Positions 1 through 7,980 of a stretch of 64,000 bases of DNA are shown here, piece by piece. The translations under genes and the position numbers were made by a program. The notes under the pieces are model-generated. The model searched no databases. It worked only from the letters and a program-made list of their open reading frames with translations, and was not told the origin of the DNA. Position 1 is the first letter of the stretch. Every line of letters starts with the position of its first letter. This DNA comes from Trueperaceae bacterium (GTDB taxonomy: Bacteria > Deinococcota > Deinococci > Deinococcales > Trueperaceae), in contig CBDCDJ010000007.1 of NCBI GenBank assembly GCA_965215355.1, positions 2,570,285 to 2,634,284 of the forward strand. The letters run 5' to 3'.

Positions 1-112
1 CACAGCGCGGCTCTGGCGAGCGTGTTCGTGCGTAAACGTTTCATCCGACCCCCTCGTCACGACTATAAAGCTTTGCCAAAAAACGCGCTGTAGGCTCGCG
101 CAAAGTCCTCGC

Positions 113-208
113 TGCGAACTGTGAGTTTCAGCAGCATGCGAACTGTGGGCTTCGGCAGCATGCGAACTGTGGGCTTCGGCAGCATGCGAACTGTGGGCTT
201 CGGCAGCA
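113..208. repeat. Four tandem copies of a 24-bp unit (TGCGAACTGTGGGCTTCGGCAGCA); the first copy is degenerate with 3 mismatches.
   Basis: Direct reading: copies at 113-136, 137-160, 161-184 and 185-208, located upstream of the first gene. Confidence 0.85.
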
Positions 209-263
209 ACCGCTCGCCCGCGGGGCGCTAAACTTTAGGTCTTATAACAGACAGGGGGCTGAA

Positions 264-1733
264 GTGACGAAGGTGCAAGCCGAACACGGCGCGGTGAAGA
301 AGATGTGTTTGCTGCTCATCGTGCTCGCCGGGCTCGGCGGTTGTTTTCCGGCCTTGAAGTCCGACGGTGGCGGCCAGACGGCGTTCGAAGCGCCTCGAGC
401 GGTCAATCCCGCCGATGTCGCCCTCTTGGACGGCTACCGAATCGAGGCGCTGGCGACCGGCCTCACTTTTCCCACGGGCGTCGCCTTCGACGAAGCGGGT
501 GAGGTTTACGTGCTCGAGGCGGGCTACTCCTACGGCGAGGTCGTCACCGAGCCGCGCCTGCTGCGCCTCGGCGAGGGCGGCAACTCGGTCGTCGCCAGGG
601 GCGACAACCCGCCCTGGAACGGCGTGACCTTTCACGACGGGGCGTTTTACGTCGGCGGCGGCACGCTTGAGGGCGGTCAGATTCTGCGCATCGGCAAAGG
701 GGGTGAGGTGACGCCGCTGCTCGAGCACCTCCCGAGCTTCGGCGACCACCACACCAACGGCCCCGTGTTCGGCCCCGACGGTGCCCTCTACTTCGGCCAG
801 GGCACCGCCACCAACTCGGGGGTGGTCGGCGTCGACAACGCCGACTTCGGCTGGCTTTACCGCCGTCCCGACTTTCACGACATCCCCTGCCGGGACATCA
901 CCCTGCTGGGACAGAACTACACCACCCCGAACCCGCTGACGGAGAACCCCGACGACACGGTCACCACCGGCGCTTACCAAAGCTTCGGCACGCCCACCAC
1001 GTCCGGACAAGTCGTCCGGGGGCAGCTGCCTTGCACGGGCGCGATCCTGCGGCTGCCGCCGGGCGGCGCGCCCGAGGTCGTCGCCTGGGGCCTGCGCAAC
1101 CCTTTCAGCCTCGCCTGGTCGCCGGACGGAGAGTTTTACGCGCTGGAAAACTCGTACGACGTGCGTGGCAGTCGGCCGGTCTTCGGCAGCGGCGACGTGC
1201 TGTGGAAAGTTGAAGAGGGCGCTTGGTACGGCTGGCCGGACTTTCACGGCGGTCGGCCGCTGACCGACGCCGACCAGTATAGGGCGCCGGGTGAGCCCGC
1301 CCCCGGCTTTCTCCTCGCCGTGCACCCGGACACGCCGCCCGAGCCGGCGGCGCTGCTCGGCGTGCATTCTTCCTCGAACGGCATGGACTTTTCCGCCAAT
1401 CCCGAGTTCGGCTTCGTCGGCCAAGCCTTCGTCGCTCAGTTCGGCGACATGGCACCCGGCGTCGGCAAGGTGCTGGGGCCGGTGGGTTTCAAGGTTGTCC
1501 GGGTGGACGTGGCTAGCGGCGTCGTGGAGGACTTCGCGGTCAACCGCAAACCCTACGGGCCGGCCTCCAAAGTGGGCGGGGGTGGTTTGGAGCGCCCCGT
1601 GTCGGTGAAGTTCAGCCCCGACGGCAGCGCCCTCTATGTGGTCGACTTCGGGGTGATGACGATCGGCGAACAGGGTCCCGAGCCGCGTCCGGGCACCGGC
1701 GTGCTCTGGCGCATCACGCGGAGCGGCCAATGA
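264..1733 (+). CDS. PQQ-dependent soluble sugar (aldose/sorbosone-type) dehydrogenase, beta-propeller, lipoprotein.
   Basis: 489-aa ORF with a lipobox (LAGLGGC) after a KK n-region. Glucose/sorbosone-dehydrogenase-like propeller motifs are spread through the protein. A GGGGG Shine-Dalgarno sits before the GTG at 264. An alternative ATG at 303 is possible. Confidence 0.7.
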   Translation: MTKVQAEHGAVKKMCLLLIVLAGLGGCFPALKSDGGGQTAFEAPRAVNPADVALLDGYRIEALATGLTFPTGVAFDEAGEVYVLEAGYSYGEVVTEPRLLRLGEGGNSVVARGDNPPWNGVTFHDGAFYVGGGTLEGGQILRIGKGGEVTPLLEHLPSFGDHHTNGPVFGPDGALYFGQGTATNSGVVGVDNADFGWLYRRPDFHDIPCRDITLLGQNYTTPNPLTENPDDTVTTGAYQSFGTPTTSGQVVRGQLPCTGAILRLPPGGAPEVVAWGLRNPFSLAWSPDGEFYALENSYDVRGSRPVFGSGDVLWKVEEGAWYGWPDFHGGRPLTDADQYRAPGEPAPGFLLAVHPDTPPEPAALLGVHSSSNGMDFSANPEFGFVGQAFVAQFGDMAPGVGKVLGPVGFKVVRVDVASGVVEDFAVNRKPYGPASKVGGGGLERPVSVKFSPDGSALYVVDFGVMTIGEQGPEPRPGTGVLWRITRSGQ

Positions 1734-2080
1734 ACGTTTGGAGAGCCTTATTCGTAGTGGCGGCGCTGCTGAGCGCTTGCGCCCCGGCCTACCGCGGCGA
1801 ACCGCTTTACGGGCCGCTCGACACCTCGGTGCCCGAAGTCGCCCTGGGCCGGCAAACCTTCGCCGCCAACTGCAATCAGTGTCACCCCGGCGGCTCGAGC
1901 GGCCTGGGGCCGGCCCTCAACAACAAGCCGCTTCCCGCTGGTCTTATCAAGTATCAGGTGCGCCACGGCCTGGGCGCGATGCCCGCTTTCTCGCCAGAGC
2001 GACTCAGCGACGAAAACCTTGACGCCCTCGTCGCTTACCTGCTGAAGCTGCGCGAGAAGGGTGGCGAAGGCTCGAGCTGA
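1730..2080 (+). CDS. c-type cytochrome (CxxCH), lipoprotein.
   Basis: 116-aa ORF with a signal peptide and LSAC lipobox, and a CNQCH haem-binding motif. It overlaps the upstream dehydrogenase by 4 nt, which suggests an operon. Confidence 0.8.
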   Translation: MNVWRALFVVAALLSACAPAYRGEPLYGPLDTSVPEVALGRQTFAANCNQCHPGGSSGLGPALNNKPLPAGLIKYQVRHGLGAMPAFSPERLSDENLDALVAYLLKLREKGGEGSS

Positions 2081-2198
2081 TGTGCCGGTCCGGGCATCAC
2101 GGCAAAGTTTTCTCTTTAGAAGCCACTGAAAGGTTATGACCGGAAGGCTCGAGGCGGGAAGTAGTGAGACCGGCGGCTAAGACAAACTTCGAGTCGAC

Positions 2199-2220
2199 GG
2201 GGTGGAAGCCGCCCTTTTTT
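2199..2220 (+). terminator. Rho-independent terminator-like hairpin: 6-bp stem including one G·U pair, then a T6 tract.
   Basis: gggtgg-aag-ccgccc followed by tttttt, downstream of the cytochrome c gene. Confidence 0.45.
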
Positions 2221-2286
2221 GATGCAAACGCTGAGGTTTTACAGCAGCAAAGCCAAAGCCCGGTAGTGCTCGAGCCTGATACCATT

Positions 2287-2312
2287 TCGGGTTAATTTAA
2301 GAATTAACCCGA
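2287..2312. repeat. Perfect 11-bp inverted repeat TCGGGTTAATT-taag-AATTAACCCGA.
   Basis: Read directly. It is an AT-rich palindrome inside a GC-rich intergenic region. Confidence 0.8.
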
Positions 2313-2329
2313 GTGGAACGAGAAGAAAA

Positions 2330-2397
2330 ATACGGATGGCGATAAGGAGCAGAAGGACCTCTGCCGAGTTTATTCAGCGTATTATCGCCATCCGTAT
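2330..2397. repeat. Perfect 16-bp inverted repeat (ATACGGATGGCGATAA / TTATCGCCATCCGTAT) enclosing a 36-nt spacer that holds a nested 5-bp hairpin (gcaga/tctgc).
   Basis: Arms at 2330-2345 and 2382-2397. The element lies just 3' of the minus-strand outer-membrane gene. Confidence 0.8.
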
Positions 2398-2452
2398 GAA
2401 AGACCAACCTCTAAAAGCATCACAAACGGGGCAGCTTTTCACCCTTTCACCT

Positions 2453-2860
2453 TCAGAAGTGCAAGTTCAACCCTACCCGTGTTCGCAAGTAGCCTTCCAG
2501 GGGCTCGAGCCTGAGCACCGGTTGCACCTCCCCGAACACACCGACCGAGCCCAGCCTGAGTTCGGTGCCACCTGTGGCGTGCAGGCCGAGCGTTTGCTTC
2601 GTTGCTTCAGCGCCGCCGTCCGGGGTGCCGGCAAAAAAGGCGTCGCCGCCCGCTCCCAGGCAGATGCGGCTTAGCGGCAGGGTGACGTTGTAAAGAAAGT
2701 CGACCCCGGCAGAGGTAGGGGACAAGTCCCCCGCGGTGAAGACCACCGCGCGCAGCTCGAGTCCGCCGGGCAAACCCACACCGAACTGGGCGCTCAGGCC
2801 GGGGCTCGACAAAGTAGCGCCGCCCCCGACGTACAAGCCCTGGACAGAGGCGAACTGCAA
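2453..2860 (-). CDS. Small outer-membrane beta-barrel protein (OmpW/OmpA-like, ends in Phe). The N-terminal signal peptide lies in another frame, so the gene is frameshifted.
   Basis: 135-aa ORF rich in G/A/L/S/T, 19 Gly, ending ...GLNLHF. The signal peptide MKMKRTVFLLAVLLV is encoded at 2857-2904 in the +1 frame. Restoring one T in the gTTTg run at about 2857-2859 fuses the two frames. Confidence 0.5.
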   Translation of the reverse strand: MQFASVQGLYVGGGATLSSPGLSAQFGVGLPGGLELRAVVFTAGDLSPTSAGVDFLYNVTLPLSRICLGAGGDAFFAGTPDGGAEATKQTLGLHATGGTELRLGSVGVFGEVQPVLRLEPLEGYLRTRVGLNLHF

Positions 2861-2992
2861 ACCAGCAGAACCGCCAGCAGAAAAACTGTTCGTTTCATCT
2901 TCATCCCCTCTCGGTTCTCATTTCCAAGATAAACGCTCCAGGCTGTTGAGATGGGATGGGTGATGACGGTGCAGGACCCCAGGTGTCAAAGG

Positions 2993-3544
2993 TTAAAACA
3001 TCCGTTTCCAACTCCAGTCCCGGCAGGTCTGCGGGGCGATGAGCGCGGACGCGTGCGGCGCCAGGATGCGGACGAGGTGAGTCTCTAAGCGGCTGGCGAG
3101 GTAGGCCTTCACCGCCTGCTGGCCGGCGACGTCCGGGTAGACGTTGTCACCCTGGCCCGCGCCGCGCCGGAACAGCAAGACCGGCCGGTCGGACGGGTTG
3201 GTGACGGCCACGGCAACCGTGAGTTCTTCAGCGGTACGGTTGGCGTGGTGGTAGAAGACGCGGAAGGGCCGCTCGACCCGGTCGCGGTAGAGCGCTCCGG
3301 GCAGCAGCGTCGTGCTCTCCAAGCAGTCGGGGTTGTTCGACACCAGGAGCGGCCCGCCGTAGCGGGTCAAGACCACTTCCGGATTGAGTGAAACACTGCT
3401 CGGCAGCTGCTCTATGGGTAGGCTGGTGTTGACCGAACTGCCACTCAACACCGCGGGTACCGCGTAACCTGCACCCACCAGACCAAGCAGCAAAAGCGAC
3501 AGGGCCGGGGAACACAGCCGTCCGGGCCGCGTCAGTCGTCGCAC
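2993..3544 (-). CDS. Secreted hypothetical protein with an N-terminal signal peptide.
   Basis: 183-aa ORF with a hydrophobic N-terminus (LLLLGLVGAGYA). No family recognised. Confidence 0.45.
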   Translation of the reverse strand: MRRLTRPGRLCSPALSLLLLGLVGAGYAVPAVLSGSSVNTSLPIEQLPSSVSLNPEVVLTRYGGPLLVSNNPDCLESTTLLPGALYRDRVERPFRVFYHHANRTAEELTVAVAVTNPSDRPVLLFRRGAGQGDNVYPDVAGQQAVKAYLASRLETHLVRILAPHASALIAPQTCRDWSWKRMF

Positions 3545-3642
3545 CGAAAACCTACGGTGTTGACGACGCTGCTACAGCGCGAGAAGACTGAGCGACAAAC
3601 TTTCATTTTTAGAGACCGCCACGTTTGATTCCGGTGAGGTGT

Positions 3643-3895
3643 TCAGTCTTTCGCTTGCCCGCGGGCTCGAGGTGCATCCGCTTCAGGCTCGTCCTCGTCG
3701 TCCGGTTGCGCGTCCAGCAAATCTTCGCGCACATCCTCCTCGCTGACTCCGGCCACGTCCTCCAGCGCCTCGTCGTCGGTCACAACCTCTTCTTGAGCGC
3801 CGTAGCCGTGTTCGAAGGTCAGTTCGCGCGCGTCTTCTTTATCGGTGTGCTCTGCCGACGCTGCTACCGAACCGGCTCGTTGTTTGTCACTCATG
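3643..3895 (-). CDS. Small acidic hypothetical protein (about 83 aa; the ORF track gives a longer version reaching 3936).
   Basis: ATG at 3893-3895 is preceded by a GGGG Shine-Dalgarno. The protein is highly acidic (D/E-rich). The overlapping plus-strand ORF 3625..3921 looks like antisense noise. Confidence 0.4.
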
Positions 3896-4291
3896 CTAGC
3901 CCCTTTCAAGCTCGAGCCTAAAGCTTCGCGGTTCACTTGACAGTGGTCTTGCGCTTGTTCGGGGTGTTGCGCTCAAGGTTCTCGGGGTAGCCAAAGCCCT
4001 CGTTCTCAACCGTAGTTCGTGGTTCGGACGTGGCCGCTGGACTGCTTGGCAAGGGTGGCACGGGGGCTGTCACAGGGAGCGTTTACCACGGACGCGCCTT
4101 CAGAAACGCCGTGACAGTACGGCTTAATCCTGCTCGAGTTTCACGGCAGCGAGGTCAACCAGCCCTGAATCGCCTCAGAAACTAGCTTGGCAGCTCACCC
4201 CCGCAAGGCCTTGGGGGTTTAGAAACCACATGTCCTTAGCACTTGATTGCCTGTAACCGTGGCTCCACTGTCCAGCTGCGCTCGCTGGTGA

Positions 4292-4418
4292 GTCTGCAAA
4301 AAATAGGGATTTTCGAGTCGCCAACCTACATCTTAGTCACAGCATTTTCCCTGCTCGATGACCCATCTGGTTACTACAGCTGCGGTCTTAAACGGGCATC
4401 TCTCGATTTTTTGCAGAC
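4292..4418. repeat. 13-bp inverted repeats (GTCTGCAAAAAAT / ATTTTTTGCAGAC) flanking about 100 bp of AT-rich DNA. The right arm abuts a TTGACA box.
   Basis: Arms at 4292-4304 and 4406-4418. cgtcTTGACAgg follows immediately, upstream of the SBP gene start at 4535. Confidence 0.6.
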
Positions 4419-4534
4419 GCCGTCTTGACAGGTTATGCTGTATGCCAGGCGGAAAAACCGGATAGAGGGTCGACCTGAAACGTACAGAATCGGCCTACGG
4501 GTAAGCGCTTGAAGCCGGGGAGTTTGGGAGAGAC

Positions 4535-6031
4535 ATGAGAAGATTAGTCGTCGTATTCACGCTGTTGGCGCTCGTCAGTTTCGGCAGCGCTCAAAAGCAA
4601 GGCGGCACGCTTCTAGCCGCATGGGCGCAAGACCCGGTTGGGCTCGACCCGCACGTGACGAGTGCGCGCTCGAGCATCGCCATCCTGGAAAACGTGCTCG
4701 ACAACTTGGTCTCTGTGAACGACGAGTCTGAAATCGTCCCGGCCCTGGCCGAGAGTTGGGAATTTTCGGAAGATAACCTCACACTGACCTTTCATCTTCG
4801 CGACGGCGTGACCTTCAGCAACGGTCGGCCCCTCACCGCTGAGGACGTGCTTTATACCTACCAGCGAATCCTCGACCCCGAGACAGGCTCGGGCAACGCT
4901 TACTTGCTCGACGGCGTCGCCGACATCAGCGCGCCCGACGAGCGCACGGTGGTGTTTACACTTGAAGAGCCCAACGCCGTGCTGCTCGGCAACTTAGCCA
5001 GCAGCAAACAGCTCGGCATCATCGCGCGGGAAAGTGTCGAGGACGGCACTATCAACACCCAACCCATCGGCACCGGGCCGTTTGTCATCAGCGACTTTCA
5101 ACCGGGCGTCAAGGTGATGCTGACGCGCAATGAGAACTACTGGCAAGAAGGTTTGCCCTACCTGGACGCCGTCGACATCCGCATTATCCCCGACGAGTCG
5201 GTGCGCCGCTCGGCATTGATCAGCGGCGATGTGGACTGGACCATCTCGGTGCCGGCGCAGAGCGTCGAGGAACTCAAAGCGCGCGACGACGTGGTCGTCG
5301 ACGAGGTGCCGGCTGGGGCGTACTGGTACATCGGCGTGAATACCGAGCGTGAGCCGCTGAACAACCCCGAGGTGCGCCAGGCGCTTGCTTTCGCGGTCAA
5401 CCGGGACAACGTCGCCGCCGCCGCCGCCTTCGGCAACGCGCAAACCACTGAAGACCCGATTCCCGCCTCGAGCGTGTGGGCCTTCGGCTACTCGCCTTAT
5501 GAATATAATCCCGAGAAAGCCAGAGAGCTTTTAGCCGCGGCCGGTTACCCCGACGGTTTCGAGATGGAAATCATGCCGACCACGCAGTACGAAGAGTCCG
5601 TCCGGGCAGCGCAAGTCATCCAGGCCGACTTAGCCAACGTCGGCGTGCAGGCGACGATTCGCACCCTCGAGTGGGCCGAGTGGTTGGAAGAAGAGGGCGC
5701 GGGCAACTACGACACCTACGTGTGCTCCTGGAACGGCGGCACCGACCCCGAAGACTACTTTTACGCGCAGCACAAGACCGGCGAGGTGTTTAACTTCACC
5801 GGCTACAGCAACCCCAAGGTCGACGAACTTCTGGACGAGGGCCGTGTCACCCGCGACCAGGCCGAGCGCAAAGACATCTACGCCGAAGTCAACAAAATCA
5901 TCGTGGACGACGCGCCCTACATTTACCTGTACAACCCGCTCGAGATAAACGTCTACAAACCCTACGTCATGGGCTACCAAGCTCGACCCGACCAGGACAT
6001 TCGCTTTACCGAAACCTGGTTGGACCGGTAA
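4535..6031 (+). CDS. dppA: ABC transporter substrate-binding protein, family 5 (peptide/nickel; DppA/OppA-like).
   Basis: 498-aa ORF with a signal peptide and conserved SBP_bac_5 features (…PALAESWE…, …YLYNP…). Confidence 0.9.
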   Translation: MRRLVVVFTLLALVSFGSAQKQGGTLLAAWAQDPVGLDPHVTSARSSIAILENVLDNLVSVNDESEIVPALAESWEFSEDNLTLTFHLRDGVTFSNGRPLTAEDVLYTYQRILDPETGSGNAYLLDGVADISAPDERTVVFTLEEPNAVLLGNLASSKQLGIIARESVEDGTINTQPIGTGPFVISDFQPGVKVMLTRNENYWQEGLPYLDAVDIRIIPDESVRRSALISGDVDWTISVPAQSVEELKARDDVVVDEVPAGAYWYIGVNTEREPLNNPEVRQALAFAVNRDNVAAAAAFGNAQTTEDPIPASSVWAFGYSPYEYNPEKARELLAAAGYPDGFEMEIMPTTQYEESVRAAQVIQADLANVGVQATIRTLEWAEWLEEEGAGNYDTYVCSWNGGTDPEDYFYAQHKTGEVFNFTGYSNPKVDELLDEGRVTRDQAERKDIYAEVNKIIVDDAPYIYLYNPLEINVYKPYVMGYQARPDQDIRFTETWLDR

Positions 6032-6104
6032 ACCGGCCTGTGGCTCGTAGCTTGTAGCCAGTGGTTCAAACCCTACAAGCTACGAGCTACGCGCCACAAG
6101 CCTC

Positions 6105-7055
6105 ATGACTTTAAGCTACCTCCTCCAACGCTTGGGCACGCTGCTCCTCGTGTTGTTCGGCGTGTCGGTGCTGATTTTCGCCATCGTCCCGCTCGTGCCG
6201 GGCAGCCCGGCGCGGGTGCGGCTCGGGGTGCAGGCGACCGACGCTTCGGTGGCGGCGCTCGAGAAGCAGTTCGGCCTCGACCGTCCCCTGCCGGTCCAGT
6301 ACTGGGACTGGCTGACCGGCATCGTCTTTCGCGGCGACTTCGGGCGCAGCCTCATCAGCGACAAGTCGATTACCGGCGAAGTCCTGCGGCGGCTGCCCTC
6401 GACGCTGCAACTCGCGCTCGCGGCGCTGCTCGTGGGGCTCGCCATCGCCCTTCCGGCGGGGATTCTCTCAGCGCTGCGGCCGGGCAGCGGGGCCGACCTG
6501 GGCGCTTCCATATTCAGCCAAGTCGGCGTGTCTGTGCCCGACTTTTGGATGGGCATTTTGTTTATTTTGCTGTTCGCCGAAACCCTGCAGTGGCTGCCCT
6601 CGAACGGGTTCGCGCCGCTTTCGGAAGGGTTCGGCCCGTGGCTGAGCCACCTCCTTTTGCCCGCCGTCACCGCCGGACTGGTGAGCGGCGCGATTATGAC
6701 GCGCTTTGTGAGAAGTGCCATGCTCGAGGTGTTAAGCCAAGACTACGTGCGCACAGCTCGGGCCAAGGGTCTCGCCGAGCGCGTCGTCGTCAACAAACAC
6801 GCGCTCCGCAACGCTTCTATCGCAATCGTCACCATCATCGGCTTGCAGATGGCGACGCTGCTGAGTTCGGTCGTGGTCGTCGAAATCATCTTTTCCTGGC
6901 CAGGTTTGGGCTCGCTCGCCCTCAACTCGACCTTGCAGCGCGACTACCCGATGTTGCAAGCCTCGGTGCTGCTCTTCGCCACCACCTTCGCGATCATCAA
7001 CCTTCTCACCGACCTCTCTTACGTGTTTTTAGACCCGAGTGTGGCGTATGCGTAA
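6105..7055 (+). CDS. dppB: ABC transporter permease (DppB/OppB-like).
   Basis: 316-aa ORF; multi-TM. The BPD_transp_1 signature region is conserved. Confidence 0.9.
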   Translation: MTLSYLLQRLGTLLLVLFGVSVLIFAIVPLVPGSPARVRLGVQATDASVAALEKQFGLDRPLPVQYWDWLTGIVFRGDFGRSLISDKSITGEVLRRLPSTLQLALAALLVGLAIALPAGILSALRPGSGADLGASIFSQVGVSVPDFWMGILFILLFAETLQWLPSNGFAPLSEGFGPWLSHLLLPAVTAGLVSGAIMTRFVRSAMLEVLSQDYVRTARAKGLAERVVVNKHALRNASIAIVTIIGLQMATLLSSVVVVEIIFSWPGLGSLALNSTLQRDYPMLQASVLLFATTFAIINLLTDLSYVFLDPSVAYA

Positions 7056-7082
7056 CCCTTCTTTTTCAAGAGGGCAGAGCGA

Positions 7083-7976
7083 GTGCGGCGATATTCGGGG
7101 GAAGCTGTGACGGCAAGCCAAACAACCGCCCCGCAAGAGTCGCGCGTGGCCGAGTTCACCCGCCGTGCCCTGCGCCACCGGCTGTTCGTGCTCGGCGGCA
7201 CCATCATCTTGCTGCTCGGCGTGGTGGCGCTGTTCGGGCGGCAACTCGCCCCTTACGACCCAACCGGGATGGACTTCGGCGCGCGTTTCGCTCCACCGAG
7301 CTTAGCGCACCTCTTCGGTACCGACGACTTCGGGCGGGACGTGTTCTCGCGCATCCTCTACGGCGCGGCGGTGTCGTTCCGGGTCGCCTTTATCGCGGTG
7401 ACGATTTCGGCGACGACCGGCGTGTTTCTGGGCGCGGTCGCGGGTTTTTACGGCCGCTGGTTGGACGAAATCGTCATGCGGCTCATGGACGTGCTGTTCG
7501 CCTTTCCCGCCGTGCTCTTGGCGATTACCGTTATGGCGATTTTAGGGCGCGGCGTCGAGAACGCGATGATTGCCATCGCCATCGTCTACATCCCGATTTT
7601 TGCTCGAGTCGCGCGCGGCGCGGTGATTTCGGTGCGGGGACGCGAGTTCGTAACAGCGGCGCGGGCACTGGGACAAAACAACACGACCATCATCTTTAAA
7701 CACATTCTGCCCAACGCGCTCGGCCCCGTGATCGTGCAGACCTCGCTGAGCTTAGCCTTTGCGATTCTTGCCGAAGCGGCTTTAAGCTTTTTCGGCCTCG
7801 GCACGCAGCCGCCCGACCCGAGCTGGGGCCGGATGCTTTCCGAGGGCCGCGCCTTTTTGCGGCAGGCCTGGTGGATGGGGGTCTTTCCCGGCCTCGCCAT
7901 CATGCTCGCGGTGATGGGCTTCAACTTCGTCGGCGACGGTTTGCGCGACCTGCTCGACCCGCGCCTGAAAAACTGA
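7083..7976 (+). CDS. dppC: ABC transporter permease (DppC/OppC-like).
   Basis: 297-aa ORF with the FGTDDFGRD N-terminal motif. No ATPase genes follow. Confidence 0.9.
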   Translation: MRRYSGEAVTASQTTAPQESRVAEFTRRALRHRLFVLGGTIILLLGVVALFGRQLAPYDPTGMDFGARFAPPSLAHLFGTDDFGRDVFSRILYGAAVSFRVAFIAVTISATTGVFLGAVAGFYGRWLDEIVMRLMDVLFAFPAVLLAITVMAILGRGVENAMIAIAIVYIPIFARVARGAVISVRGREFVTAARALGQNNTTIIFKHILPNALGPVIVQTSLSLAFAILAEAALSFFGLGTQPPDPSWGRMLSEGRAFLRQAWWMGVFPGLAIMLAVMGFNFVGDGLRDLLDPRLKN

Positions 7977-7980
7977 ACGC

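Noticed and set aside
228-1730. 500-aa minus-strand ORF covering the sugar dehydrogenase gene.
   Set aside because: It is antisense to a well-supported gene. Long spurious ORFs of this kind are common in high-GC DNA. Composition is Arg/Ala/Gly/Val-rich with no recognisable family. The same reasoning rejects 8068..9309(-), 13908..15032(-), 18430..19407(-), 22556..23113(-), 23732..24487(-), 31770..32501(+), 49188..50495(-), 57455..58540(+), 59847..60614(-) and similar.
4243-4428. 61-aa ORF inside the inverted-repeat-bounded AT-rich segment.
   Set aside because: No RBS, atypical composition, and it lies entirely within the putative MITE-like or regulatory element.
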